A stretch of 64,000 bases of DNA. Origin: an archaeon. GTDB lineage: Archaea; Nanobdellota; Nanobdellia; Woesearchaeales; GW2011-AR9. The stretch lies in the NCBI GenBank assembly GCA_018696395.1, contig JABHQR010000023.1, forward strand, positions 15,180 to 79,179, written 5' to 3'. Position numbers and translations under genes: made by a program. Below are positions 20,517 to 29,839 of the stretch, piece by piece (the first letter of the stretch is position 1; every line of letters begins with the position of its first letter). Below the pieces are notes generated by a model that was not told the DNA's origin, did no database searches, and saw nothing but the letters and a program-made list of their open reading frames with translations.

Positions 20517-21466
20517 CCCCCAACAAGTTCAGAAGAACCAAACATCAATCTTAATTCATTATCATAAGCACCTGATTTAATCATACGTTGAACTTCTTTG
20601 CACCAGTAAGTCATACTTTGACGTTTTTCATCTAAAGTTTCTCCACAAGAAATGGCTTGGTTGAGATGTTGGAAAAAAATATCATCAGTAACCGGGTGAT
20701 ATCCTTGAGCATAATTATAAGCAAATTTGTAAGTTAATTCAATTAAAATCATTTCATCGTAGTTTAATTTATATTGTAAATCTTGATCAATAATCCTATT
20801 TTCATAATGTTGTAAAAAATGTTGTAACTGATCAAATGAATGGTGATCAGAATATTCCCCATCATTTTTAAAATTTGACTTTGGTTGCATAAACCCAGGA
20901 TATTTTGAGAGATATGAGGTCATATCATCTTTACTATTCCTTTCATATTTTATTTTAAGATTTTGAATTGAAACATCAAAATATTCATGAGAATGAAAAT
21001 TCTTCAAATAACTGAATAACTTTTTCAATAAAATATCATCTTCTTCTGAGATTAATCTTCTGGTAACATCACCTAGGGAGATACTATTCATTTTATTTTT
21101 AAGTATAGAATTTGTTTCAGCATAATTATCAAACATAGACATCATACTATAATCAGACAAATTATTTACAATATTAATATTTGTTAATACATTATTAGAA
21201 CCAATACCAACACATTCAGAGTAAAAATCACATAACTTAATAAATTCATTAATATCATTATTATTTTTATTACATTTCTTGATAACATTAGTTATATCAA
21301 AATAACGATAAACTCTCTCATCACTATCAGGGTCTGAATCAATAATATCAACAAGATTATAAAAAGAAGATCTGGCTGTTATTTCATCTAACCCTTCTTC
21401 TTTCCAATTTCTTAACATACCAAAGATAGGTAAGTTTGTGAAACTTCCACCCATTTTCATCTCCAA
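20504..21466 (-). CDS. Array paralog, 320 aa (SGAYDDELRLMFG subfamily)
   Basis: PGFMQPKSNF; C-term FFQHLNQAISCGETLDEKRQSMTYWCKEVQRMIKSGAYDNELRLMFG. Confidence 0.87.
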   Translation of the reverse strand: MEMKMGGSFTNLPIFGMLRNWKEEGLDEITARSSFYNLVDIIDSDPDSDERVYRYFDITNVIKKCNKNNNDINEFIKLCDFYSECVGIGSNNVLTNINIVNNLSDYSMMSMFDNYAETNSILKNKMNSISLGDVTRRLISEEDDILLKKLFSYLKNFHSHEYFDVSIQNLKIKYERNSKDDMTSYLSKYPGFMQPKSNFKNDGEYSDHHSFDQLQHFLQHYENRIIDQDLQYKLNYDEMILIELTYKFAYNYAQGYHPVTDDIFFQHLNQAISCGETLDEKRQSMTYWCKEVQRMIKSGAYDNELRLMFGSSELVGGCVR

Positions 21467-22416
21467 CCACCTCCAACAAGTTCAAAAGAACCAAACATTA
21501 ACCTAAGTTCATCATCATAAGCCCCAGACTTAATCATACGTTGAACTTCTTCACACCAAGAGGTCATACTCTTATGTTTATCTTCTAAAGTTTCTCCACA
21601 CGAGATAGATTCATTAAGGTATTGGAAGAACAACTTCTTTGAAGCGCCAAAACCAATCGGAAAAACAGAATCACCATATTCTTCTAAAACAGTACAATAG
21701 TTAGATACTAATTCTTCAGTTTCTTGTAATAAAAACATTTCATTATAATCAATTTCATACTTTAATTCTTCATCTTTTAACTCACGTAAATAATGATTAT
21801 TAAAATCAGTCAATTTGTTGAATTCATGATGTTCAATGAATCCAATTTCAGAATTAAATTTAGATCTTGGTTGCATGAATCCAGGTAATTTAATCAAATA
21901 ACTTTTAAAAATATCTTCAAATGAACTATTATTTTCTAAAAAAGAACATGACCTATTAAAAAGTGGATGATCTTTAAAATCTCTTAAGTAATCAAAAAGA
22001 TCAAGTAAAATATCACCTCTTTTTTCATTAGCTAAATTTTTAATTGTCCAAAATAAACTTCTATCCATTTCATCATTTTCTAAACACAAATGTGTTTTAG
22101 CATAATCATCAAATATATACATTAAATCATTAGATAAAAAAGAGTTTACCCTTGTAGCACCCATGATAAATTTAATTCCACTTATTTCAACACAAGAAGA
22201 ATAGAAACCACATAATTTCTTTATTTCATCATGATTTTTATTTTTAGTCACAGATTTCCTTAAGCTAAGAAAAATTTCACCAGGGACAACATTTTTTTCA
22301 TTCCTCCTAATATCTTTACATTTGGTAATAAAAGAATGATATGAATCTAACACTGAATTTAAAGTAGAAGTTCCTAACTCTTCGAAAGTTTCAATCATCA
22401 GATTTTCTAAATTCAT
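21457..22416 (-). CDS. Array paralog, 319 aa (SGAYDDELRLMFG subfamily)
   Basis: N-term MNLENLM; PGFMQPRSKF; C-term FFQYLNESISCGETLEDKHKSMTSWCEEVQRMIKSGAYDDELRLMFG. Confidence 0.87.
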   Translation of the reverse strand: MNLENLMIETFEELGTSTLNSVLDSYHSFITKCKDIRRNEKNVVPGEIFLSLRKSVTKNKNHDEIKKLCGFYSSCVEISGIKFIMGATRVNSFLSNDLMYIFDDYAKTHLCLENDEMDRSLFWTIKNLANEKRGDILLDLFDYLRDFKDHPLFNRSCSFLENNSSFEDIFKSYLIKLPGFMQPRSKFNSEIGFIEHHEFNKLTDFNNHYLRELKDEELKYEIDYNEMFLLQETEELVSNYCTVLEEYGDSVFPIGFGASKKLFFQYLNESISCGETLEDKHKSMTSWCEEVQRMIKSGAYDDELRLMFGSFELVGGGWR

Positions 22417-23657
22417 TTTTCATTATCCCCACTTAAAATTTCAAAATAATCTAAAAACTGTTCTGGATTTTTTTTAATCAAACCATAAAGGTTATTTGAC
22501 CATTGAATTAATAATGATTTCTTTTCTTTAATTTTATTACCATAAGAGATTGTTTTATTCATTGCAGAAACAAAATAATTTTCAAGATCATCTTCAACAT
22601 CTCTCTGATAATTTAGGTCATAATCTGTTTTATCAGCTTCAGCTTCACCTAAGATTAATATTTGATGTGCCAAACAATAACTCTTAACTAATTGTTTAAT
22701 CTCATTTGATGTTAATGAATCTCTTAACACAGTATCACCAAAATTATATTTAAGATGACTAATATATTTTACTAAATCATCCCCCTCTAAACCTGTAGGA
22801 TAATTGTTCTGATTCAAAAATTTAATTTCTTTATTCCAATGTTTCTTTTCTAAATGAGTATACAAATAAACCACTTGATCAAAATTACTTTTACCAACAA
22901 ATTTCTTAAATGTTTTAACCCCACTTTGATGTTCAAGAAGTTTTTTTCTGAACTGAAAATATCTTTGACGAGGATTTTTTATTTCAGACCTATCCTTAGC
23001 AATTTTGGATAATTGGTCCATATTTCTAATAAAATAACTTATAATTACCCCATGAGATAATTTACATTCAGTTGAACCTAATAATTTAAACAAATCTTTA
23101 TCTTCATTTTCTAACAATTTCTTTGTTGGATAAGCACCCCTAGCATTCCAGATAGAAACACATGTATTAACCAATAAGTCTTTGTAATGAGGATTTTTTA
23201 ATCCAACAATATTATGCTTAATGTAGTGTGATTGTAAATAATCAATAAGACTTTCTTTATCTGTACCATATAATTTATCAGAATTACCATAATTAAATCT
23301 ATTAAATGTAAGATAAATTTTATCGAAAACCGGAGAAAGAGTATAACTATCCAATAAATCATGATATTTTTCAAACAGAATAGGTGAAGATGATTTGAAC
23401 ATTTCAAAAGAATTTAGTAACGCTTGCAGATCATTACTTTTCACACATAATCTTGATAAGCTAAGAGCCATTGGTCTTTCTGTACTAAATCTCCTAGCCA
23501 AGTTAGAATGGATTAAATTAACAACTGCAGCTTCTAATCCTTGACCCCTACTTTTCTCTAAAGCATTTTCAAAAGTATCAATAGTTAATTTGGAATTATA
23601 CCTAACATGCTCTCCAACCCAAGTTTTACAATAATTGATTTTATGTTCTAATCCCAT
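22413..23657 (-). CDS. Array paralog, 414 aa
   Basis: N-term MGLEHKI; C-term DTVLRDSLTSNEIKQLVKSY...FVSAMNKTISYGNKIKEKKSLLIQWSNNLYGLIKKNP. Confidence 0.85.
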   Translation of the reverse strand: MGLEHKINYCKTWVGEHVRYNSKLTIDTFENALEKSRGQGLEAAVVNLIHSNLARRFSTERPMALSLSRLCVKSNDLQALLNSFEMFKSSSPILFEKYHDLLDSYTLSPVFDKIYLTFNRFNYGNSDKLYGTDKESLIDYLQSHYIKHNIVGLKNPHYKDLLVNTCVSIWNARGAYPTKKLLENEDKDLFKLLGSTECKLSHGVIISYFIRNMDQLSKIAKDRSEIKNPRQRYFQFRKKLLEHQSGVKTFKKFVGKSNFDQVVYLYTHLEKKHWNKEIKFLNQNNYPTGLEGDDLVKYISHLKYNFGDTVLRDSLTSNEIKQLVKSYCLAHQILILGEAEADKTDYDLNYQRDVEDDLENYFVSAMNKTISYGNKIKEKKSLLIQWSNNLYGLIKKNPEQFLDYFEILSGDNEK

Positions 23658-23658
23658 T

Positions 23659-25269
23659 TTATTTTCCTAACATTGAATATAATATACCTTCATTAGATTG
23701 TTTTATAATTGAATCATAAACTTGATTACACCATTGATTAATGTTGCTTCTTTTCTCTGGAACATTATCACCTAATTCAATAACACTGTTTAAATTAGAA
23801 AAAAATGATTTAGAATAACCTCTTAAAAAATCAGTGTAATTTAGTACAGAATCAGAGTGAAATATCAAATTATTATATCCTAAACGATAGGTTTTGGTTA
23901 AATTACTAATATCTTTGATATTTAAGATTCTCCTGAACTCAATATCATTGATATTAGGAAATATTGTGTTAGAATAATCTAAAATAAGAGAATAATTATT
24001 TTCAACAAGATCTTGTTTATTTAAAGAATTTACAACACCTAAAAGGTTATCTGGAAAAAAACCTAAGTTATAATAACCATGCTTTGAATCGTGTAGAAAG
24101 ATAGTTAAAGATTCATCTACGTGTTTACTTCCAGGAATCTTATTAAGTACAAGAATAAGCTCCCTATAGTTCTTACGTAACTTTTTCATTTCCTCATCAG
24201 AAATAATCATTGATGATATTCTTAAATCATCTTTACTAGACCTTTCAGAATATTTATTATAATTCTTTTCAATTTGTTCAAACAGTAAATATAAAGTATC
24301 AACATTGTTCTTAGAAAAAACAATATTGTCTTGTAAGTAAGATTGTAAAAAATTATTTGTAGTTTCATTACAATAAGTTAACTTCTTTACTTTTTCTGCT
24401 GTACTCAATAAAGAGTGAATATTACGTGGATATTTAATTTTATCAGCAATTATTGTGCTTGAAGGATCAAATTCTTCCAAACTTCTTTGAATTGCTTTTT
24501 TATAATAATCAACTAACTGGTTCAAAGTTCGATTATCTGAACTAGTAAAGAAAGAGCCAGTTATATATTTATGAAGATCCTTTCTTCTAAGACCATCTAG
24601 AATAAAAATATTTTTTAGATAATAAGTAAAATTATCAAAATTAAAATCAGGTTCTTTAGCTAAATGATTTATCCTTCTTTTACCAAAAGAGTAAAGATAA
24701 TCCACATTAGAACTGTTAGAAAGCTCAGATAAGAGGTTAAACTTATTATCATCAAAATTATTTCTTAATTTTGTTAATTCTTTAGCAATCGCATTTACCT
24801 GAATATCAAAACTAAATTTGGAATATTTATTGATATTATCAAAAATGTCCAATACTGGAAAAACATATTCTGGCAAGTCAAGAACAAATTTTTCAATAAC
24901 ATCTAAACAGTAAGAGATACTTAAAGGATTTTGATCATTTGATGCAACATTTAACATGGTACTTGCCACCCTAGGCAAAAGGTCAGAATCTTCTTTAACA
25001 TTATCAATTAATTCTAAGAACCAAAAATTAAACCTTTCATCATTCAAGATATAATTTTCAATGTTGTCCATTAACTGAACATTAAATTTATTGTCATAAT
25101 TTTCTAAGCAATAATCAGTAAGTTGATTAAATGATTGTAAAGACTTTTTTCTTCTAAGACTAAATATGTCAAACCAAGAACTATTTTTATGATAGATTAA
25201 ACCTTTAGTTTCCTGTACTTTATCTTCAATTGTTTGTTTAGTTTTTATTCTTATCATGTTGCTTAACAA
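23659..25269 (-). CDS. Array paralog, 536 aa
   Basis: N-term TIEDKV; C-term INDIEFRRILNIKDISNLTKTYRL...FFSNLNSVIELGDNVPEKRSNINQWCNQV. Confidence 0.85.
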   Translation of the reverse strand: MLSNMIRIKTKQTIEDKVQETKGLIYHKNSSWFDIFSLRRKKSLQSFNQLTDYCLENYDNKFNVQLMDNIENYILNDERFNFWFLELIDNVKEDSDLLPRVASTMLNVASNDQNPLSISYCLDVIEKFVLDLPEYVFPVLDIFDNINKYSKFSFDIQVNAIAKELTKLRNNFDDNKFNLLSELSNSSNVDYLYSFGKRRINHLAKEPDFNFDNFTYYLKNIFILDGLRRKDLHKYITGSFFTSSDNRTLNQLVDYYKKAIQRSLEEFDPSSTIIADKIKYPRNIHSLLSTAEKVKKLTYCNETTNNFLQSYLQDNIVFSKNNVDTLYLLFEQIEKNYNKYSERSSKDDLRISSMIISDEEMKKLRKNYRELILVLNKIPGSKHVDESLTIFLHDSKHGYYNLGFFPDNLLGVVNSLNKQDLVENNYSLILDYSNTIFPNINDIEFRRILNIKDISNLTKTYRLGYNNLIFHSDSVLNYTDFLRGYSKSFFSNLNSVIELGDNVPEKRSNINQWCNQVYDSIIKQSNEGILYSMLGK

Positions 25270-26588
25270 TAACCCCTCATTATTAATCTAAAGTCATCGT
25301 ACTGACCTTCTTTGATAAGTTTAGAAGCGTTTGAAGCAAATTCTAACAACATTCTTTTCTGAACAGAAACATTTTCAGCATTAGATTTTATTTCATTAAA
25401 TATATTTGAATATAATTCGCCTAAACTCACGTCACCCTTATCTAAAAATGCTTTTTTATTTTCATTAATTGAAATGTAATTCTTACAAAGATCATTAAAA
25501 GTCATTAATTTAAAATATTCATCCACAGAAAGAGATTGAAATATGTCAATATCTTTAAACAAACTACAAGTCATATAATTAAAAGATTTTACTCTATCCC
25601 GTCTTATTAAACAGGTACAATTTATGGCTTTCCCCAACCATTCATTTAATTTAACCTTATTTTCTTGTAAAGAATTATCTTCACTGATTACTTTATTCAA
25701 TGAACTAGACAAATTTTTCCTAAATAAACCTTTATATTCAAAGGGCATATTCTTATAATAATCCAAAAAAAAGTTCAAATTGTTCATCTCTTCCAAGTTT
25801 AGATTTAATCTAAATTTCTTGTTTTCGATTAAATTATAGTTTTTAAAATAAGAGGTAATAGTCTCTAAATCAAAATATTCATCAAAGTACTTTTTATCAT
25901 TATTTTCTACATAATCTATGACATCGCTAAAGGTAGTAGGATTTACATCTACAGCATTAAGTATATCAAAAGTAAAATAGAATTTATCTTGTTTAGTTTG
26001 ATCTGAAAAGTAATCCAAAACTTTCTTAACAGCTTTTTCTTCATTAAAACTATCAAAAGACTTTGGAGAAATAAATTTTTGTGATTTAACAACTGCGTTT
26101 AATAAATCCTTATCATAATGACCTTTTGGATCATTAAATTCATTAATTATAGCTAATCCTCTATCCAAGTAAGATAAAGAATCGTCACAATCCATTGAAG
26201 TTAATAATATTCTGATAGCAGTATCAATATTATTATTTAAATAAACTGAACTAGCTTTGACCCCATATTTGTAAATAAAAGTATCAATTATTTTCACCAT
26301 ATAATCAGATTTAGAATCATTATCATCATGAACCAATTTCCATAAAGTGAAATTAGTTCTCCTTTTTGCAACATACATTAAATTCACATGATCATTGGAT
26401 TCTATATGTCTCATTAAATTATGATAACGAGTATTATACTCACAATCAAAACCACTCATAACCTTGTCGTGGCCATTTAAGATAATTTCTAAGTTGGAAT
26501 CACCTTCCAGTAATTCTGCAATTTTATCTCTTCTCTGTTTGATTAAAGAATCTAATTCTCGAATATCCATGACTTTATCATTTCCCAT
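25263..26588 (-). CDS. Array paralog, 441 aa, with duplicated C-terminal domain
   Basis: IENKKFRLNLNLEEMNNL...SLNKVISEDNSLQENKVKLNEW, then DIDIFQSLSVDEYFKL...FNEIKSNAENVSVQKRMLLEF...LIKEGQYDDFRL. Confidence 0.83.
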   Translation of the reverse strand: MGNDKVMDIRELDSLIKQRRDKIAELLEGDSNLEIILNGHDKVMSGFDCEYNTRYHNLMRHIESNDHVNLMYVAKRRTNFTLWKLVHDDNDSKSDYMVKIIDTFIYKYGVKASSVYLNNNIDTAIRILLTSMDCDDSLSYLDRGLAIINEFNDPKGHYDKDLLNAVVKSQKFISPKSFDSFNEEKAVKKVLDYFSDQTKQDKFYFTFDILNAVDVNPTTFSDVIDYVENNDKKYFDEYFDLETITSYFKNYNLIENKKFRLNLNLEEMNNLNFFLDYYKNMPFEYKGLFRKNLSSSLNKVISEDNSLQENKVKLNEWLGKAINCTCLIRRDRVKSFNYMTCSLFKDIDIFQSLSVDEYFKLMTFNDLCKNYISINENKKAFLDKGDVSLGELYSNIFNEIKSNAENVSVQKRMLLEFASNASKLIKEGQYDDFRLIMRGYC

Positions 26589-26589
26589 C

Positions 26590-27228
26590 TTAACAATAAC
26601 CCCCTATTGCTAATCGGAAATCATCATACTTACCTTCTTTAAACAATCTAGTTGCGTCAGAAGTGAACCCTAATAATATTCTTTTTTGGATAGAAACATC
26701 TTCAGATAATGATTTAACCTCTTTGAGAATACCACAACACAACTCTTTCAAACCATCATAATGTTTAATATCATAACAAGAGGAATAAAAAGAATTAGAA
26801 TCATTATTTCCAGAAAGATAAATATTACAAAGTCTTTCAAATTTAATTAAGTTTAAATAATCATTTTTACTTAATAAATTAAAAAGGTCTATTTCTTTAA
26901 TTAATTCACAAGCCATAATATGCAGATTATCGTCATCATCATAATCAACAAAATTTAAACAGTATTTTGTTTTACCAATCCAATCAATTAATTTATTTTT
27001 ATCTTTAATCAAATCTTCATCATCATCAAAACAATCATCTAACACCCGTTTAAATGAATATATTAAAGAATCTTCAATATTCCATTTTGTTAATTTTGAA
27101 AAATTGTTATTAAAATTAAAGATATAATTTAAATCGTTTACTTTTTCTTCTAAATTATAATCTTCTTTAAGTAAATACTCAACAGACCTTCTTTTTCTCA
27201 AGAAATTTCTACTCATCTTACTGTACAC
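26590..27228 (-). CDS. Short array paralog, 212 aa, corresponding to the C-terminal half of 25263-26588
   Basis: NLEEKV; DKNKLIDWIGK...EIDLFNLLSKNDY...SEDVSIQKRILLGF...FKEGKYDDFRL aligns with the neighbouring gene. Confidence 0.8.
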   Translation of the reverse strand: MYSKMSRNFLRKRRSVEYLLKEDYNLEEKVNDLNYIFNFNNNFSKLTKWNIEDSLIYSFKRVLDDCFDDDEDLIKDKNKLIDWIGKTKYCLNFVDYDDDDNLHIMACELIKEIDLFNLLSKNDYLNLIKFERLCNIYLSGNNDSNSFYSSCYDIKHYDGLKELCCGILKEVKSLSEDVSIQKRILLGFTSDATRLFKEGKYDDFRLAIGGYC

Positions 27229-29839
27229 CCCTCAATTCACTGATAAAAGAATGAATATCAAAGTGATCTTCACGTACTAATTGGGAGATTCTTTTACAAT
27301 AATTAATCACACTATGTTTCTGAACTTCAATAGATTCATCTTTGTAATAATCTACAACTTCGTCCAGAGAAGAAATGAAAGATTGTTTAAGTTCTTTATT
27401 TAAGAATTCTCTTGTTTTAACAGAATTATGGCTTGGATTTGACTCTGGTTTTTGTAATAAAGTATTTTTTAAAAGATTATAAGTTCCAGTCAAAAGTTCA
27501 ATTTGAGAGATTTTAAGTGTTGGTTTAATCACATTGGACCAATCTTCAAAAGAGAAAATATATTCATTTACTAAACCAAAGTTTTCTTCACTTAATGAAA
27601 AATTGTTTTCAAATACATTAAAAAAGTCATCCAAACTCTTACCAATTCCTTTATCAAATCCAAGAACATAATTATTAACCTTAGGTAAGATATTATTATT
27701 GAAATCTTCTCGTGAAGCTAATTTTCTTAACCTATTTTCTAATACTGCAAACGAACTTAAATCACCAGTTCTAGTAAAATAACCAACTGTATGTTTAAAA
27801 GTTTTAATTAAATCACCATTATTGTCCGTCAAATCAAGAAGATCACAAATATTTGTGATAAGATATTCCTTATCATTAACAACTCTTCTTTCATCATAAA
27901 CAAATTCAGGGAGAAGTCTTCTATCTCCGACAACTTGAAAGAAAATTTTTCTAAAAGTATTCATTAAATGATAAAGCTTACTTTTATCTTTATCTCTATT
28001 ACTAACCTGATTAACTTGATTTAATTCTATATCTTCATCAGTTTCAATATTATTTAACTTTTCAATGACTCTTGGCATGGACAAATATTCTTCTAAAAAA
28101 GCAGGGATATTTTTATTGTATTTATGAGTAAAAAAATGGATTGCATTATTAACATATTTTAAATCTAATTCATTATTGTTATGTTTTTTATCAAGATAGG
28201 TTAATAGGTAATTTAAATTCAGACTATTTTCCTTAAATCCAGGTATAAAATAATTTACTTTCTCTAAAACATCATTAAAATCAGATCTTTCAGATAATTT
28301 TTCTAACAATTCTTTTAAAGATACAAATTTATGAAAATCCATTTCAAAACCACTATAATTCTGCAAATTCCAACCATCAAAAACATGTCTGAAAGTTGTA
28401 ACTAAACCAACATGATTATCAGTTAGATCAAAAAGATTACAAACACTACCTATTAAATATTCTTTACAATTAACTTTTTCACCATGTTCAGAATCTCTAT
28501 TTGAAACTAAAAGTTCTCTGTTTGGCATTGATAAAATATTACCAAAACAATTTATTAAATAAAATAAATTAGTTTTTATAGGATCATTTCTAATTACATG
28601 ATATCTCCCATTTTCACCCCTATCTTTATCTGCTTCAAAATGATTTAATTTATCAATAATTTCAGGGTTTGAGAAAAACAAATTTAAATCACAATCTTTT
28701 CCTTCAAGGTAACTATGGCGTTGGAACCTAACCATGTCATTAACATAATTTACATCTAAATTATTTATCCTATTGCTTTCATAAATAATAGACAAAAGTT
28801 TATTAAAATTGGATGTACCAAAAGAAGACACATTATAATTAATTCTTAAATTTTTAATAATTACATCAAAATCAGACATATCAAAATTATCCCCATCAAC
28901 ATAATCTCCGATAACCTCATTGAAGAAATCAAGTTTTTGAAGATGTTTTTCAATACCTTCTTCTGATGTTTCTACTCGAAAAGAGATTGAACTATTATAA
29001 AGCAAATCAGACAGATTTGTAGGGTTAGAAGTTAAAGGAATAAAGTTCAAAAAACCATGAGTTAACATACCTTTTATTTGAGTTTTCTTTTCATCAGAAA
29101 CATTTTCAAGTTCAAGATTAGAGATTAAGACGTATTGATTTAACATTTGTCCTAAGCTAACACTCAAATTGTCTTCCAAAGTAGAATTATCAATTAATTT
29201 ACATACATATTTTTCTAAAGTAATTCTTGGTTTTAAACCATAGCAATTAAGGGGTAATTTTCTAATTTTATTGAAAGTATGAAATAACCTTTCAAAAGAA
29301 ACATGATAATCAGAGATATTTTTAAAATAATTTACTACAAAATCTTGAGAAAAATAGTTAGTTAATCCGGTTGGTAAAGTTTCACCAGGTTCACTAACAG
29401 TACAATTTACAAAAGAGTTTTCTACCCCCTCTATAAATTTATAAAATAAATCATTTTCATTTTCACTATAATTGAAATAATGCTTAATCAATTCATTTCC
29501 TAAAACACAAGCTTGAAAATCGCCATATTCTTCAGAAAATAATCTTATGTATTTCTTATAATAATTTAATTTTGTTGTTGACCTACTTCCAACTGAATCT
29601 AAAATATCCAAAGTACTCTGCACACATTCATCAATAGCAACACCATAATTTCTTGGAAGATCCTCGGTTAGAATTTCACTTACAATCTTAAACTCGTCTT
29701 CAGTATAACCTTCAAAGATCCTACCAAAATTAGATTTAACATACTCTTGATACTCCCCTCTAACTTCTCCTTCTGAAGTACTTATGAGCAAGTACTGTTC
29801 TAAATTAGATTTAGCTCTAATTAGTTCATTATCAACCAT
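27218..29839 (-). CDS. Long array paralog, 873 aa, with an internal ~197-aa tandem duplication
   Basis: C-term LKISQIELLTGTYNLL...FISSLDEVVDYYKDESIEVQKHSVINYCKRISQLV; repeated KEYLI...C.L.DLTDN blocks. Confidence 0.85.
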   Translation of the reverse strand: MVDNELIRAKSNLEQYLLISTSEGEVRGEYQEYVKSNFGRIFEGYTEDEFKIVSEILTEDLPRNYGVAIDECVQSTLDILDSVGSRSTTKLNYYKKYIRLFSEEYGDFQACVLGNELIKHYFNYSENENDLFYKFIEGVENSFVNCTVSEPGETLPTGLTNYFSQDFVVNYFKNISDYHVSFERLFHTFNKIRKLPLNCYGLKPRITLEKYVCKLIDNSTLEDNLSVSLGQMLNQYVLISNLELENVSDEKKTQIKGMLTHGFLNFIPLTSNPTNLSDLLYNSSISFRVETSEEGIEKHLQKLDFFNEVIGDYVDGDNFDMSDFDVIIKNLRINYNVSSFGTSNFNKLLSIIYESNRINNLDVNYVNDMVRFQRHSYLEGKDCDLNLFFSNPEIIDKLNHFEADKDRGENGRYHVIRNDPIKTNLFYLINCFGNILSMPNRELLVSNRDSEHGEKVNCKEYLIGSVCNLFDLTDNHVGLVTTFRHVFDGWNLQNYSGFEMDFHKFVSLKELLEKLSERSDFNDVLEKVNYFIPGFKENSLNLNYLLTYLDKKHNNNELDLKYVNNAIHFFTHKYNKNIPAFLEEYLSMPRVIEKLNNIETDEDIELNQVNQVSNRDKDKSKLYHLMNTFRKIFFQVVGDRRLLPEFVYDERRVVNDKEYLITNICDLLDLTDNNGDLIKTFKHTVGYFTRTGDLSSFAVLENRLRKLASREDFNNNILPKVNNYVLGFDKGIGKSLDDFFNVFENNFSLSEENFGLVNEYIFSFEDWSNVIKPTLKISQIELLTGTYNLLKNTLLQKPESNPSHNSVKTREFLNKELKQSFISSLDEVVDYYKDESIEVQKHSVINYCKRISQLVREDHFDIHSFISELRGVQ
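27660..28770 (-). repeat. Intragenic tandem duplication, period ~591 nt
   Basis: NLDVNYVN at ~28741-28770 vs ELDLKYVN at ~28150-28178; both units contain VN.KEYLI..(V/I)C.L.DLTDN and KL..R.DFN. Confidence 0.75.

Larger units (their letters stand above)
13962..21630 (-). repeat. Four dispersed copies (~130 bp; approx. 13962-14100, 14939-15065, 20538-20680, 21491-21630) of highly similar 3'-terminal coding DNA
   Basis: Shared plus-strand blocks ccaaacat.aa...tcataag...ttaatcatacg...cacca...gtcat; many differences are synonymous. Confidence 0.8.

Noticed and set aside
13962-21630. Diversity-generating retroelement (TR/VR) explanation for the repeated 3' gene ends
   Set aside because: No reverse transcriptase in the window, all copies are coding, and differences are largely synonymous rather than adenine-specific. 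The repeated part is the conserved region, not the variable one.
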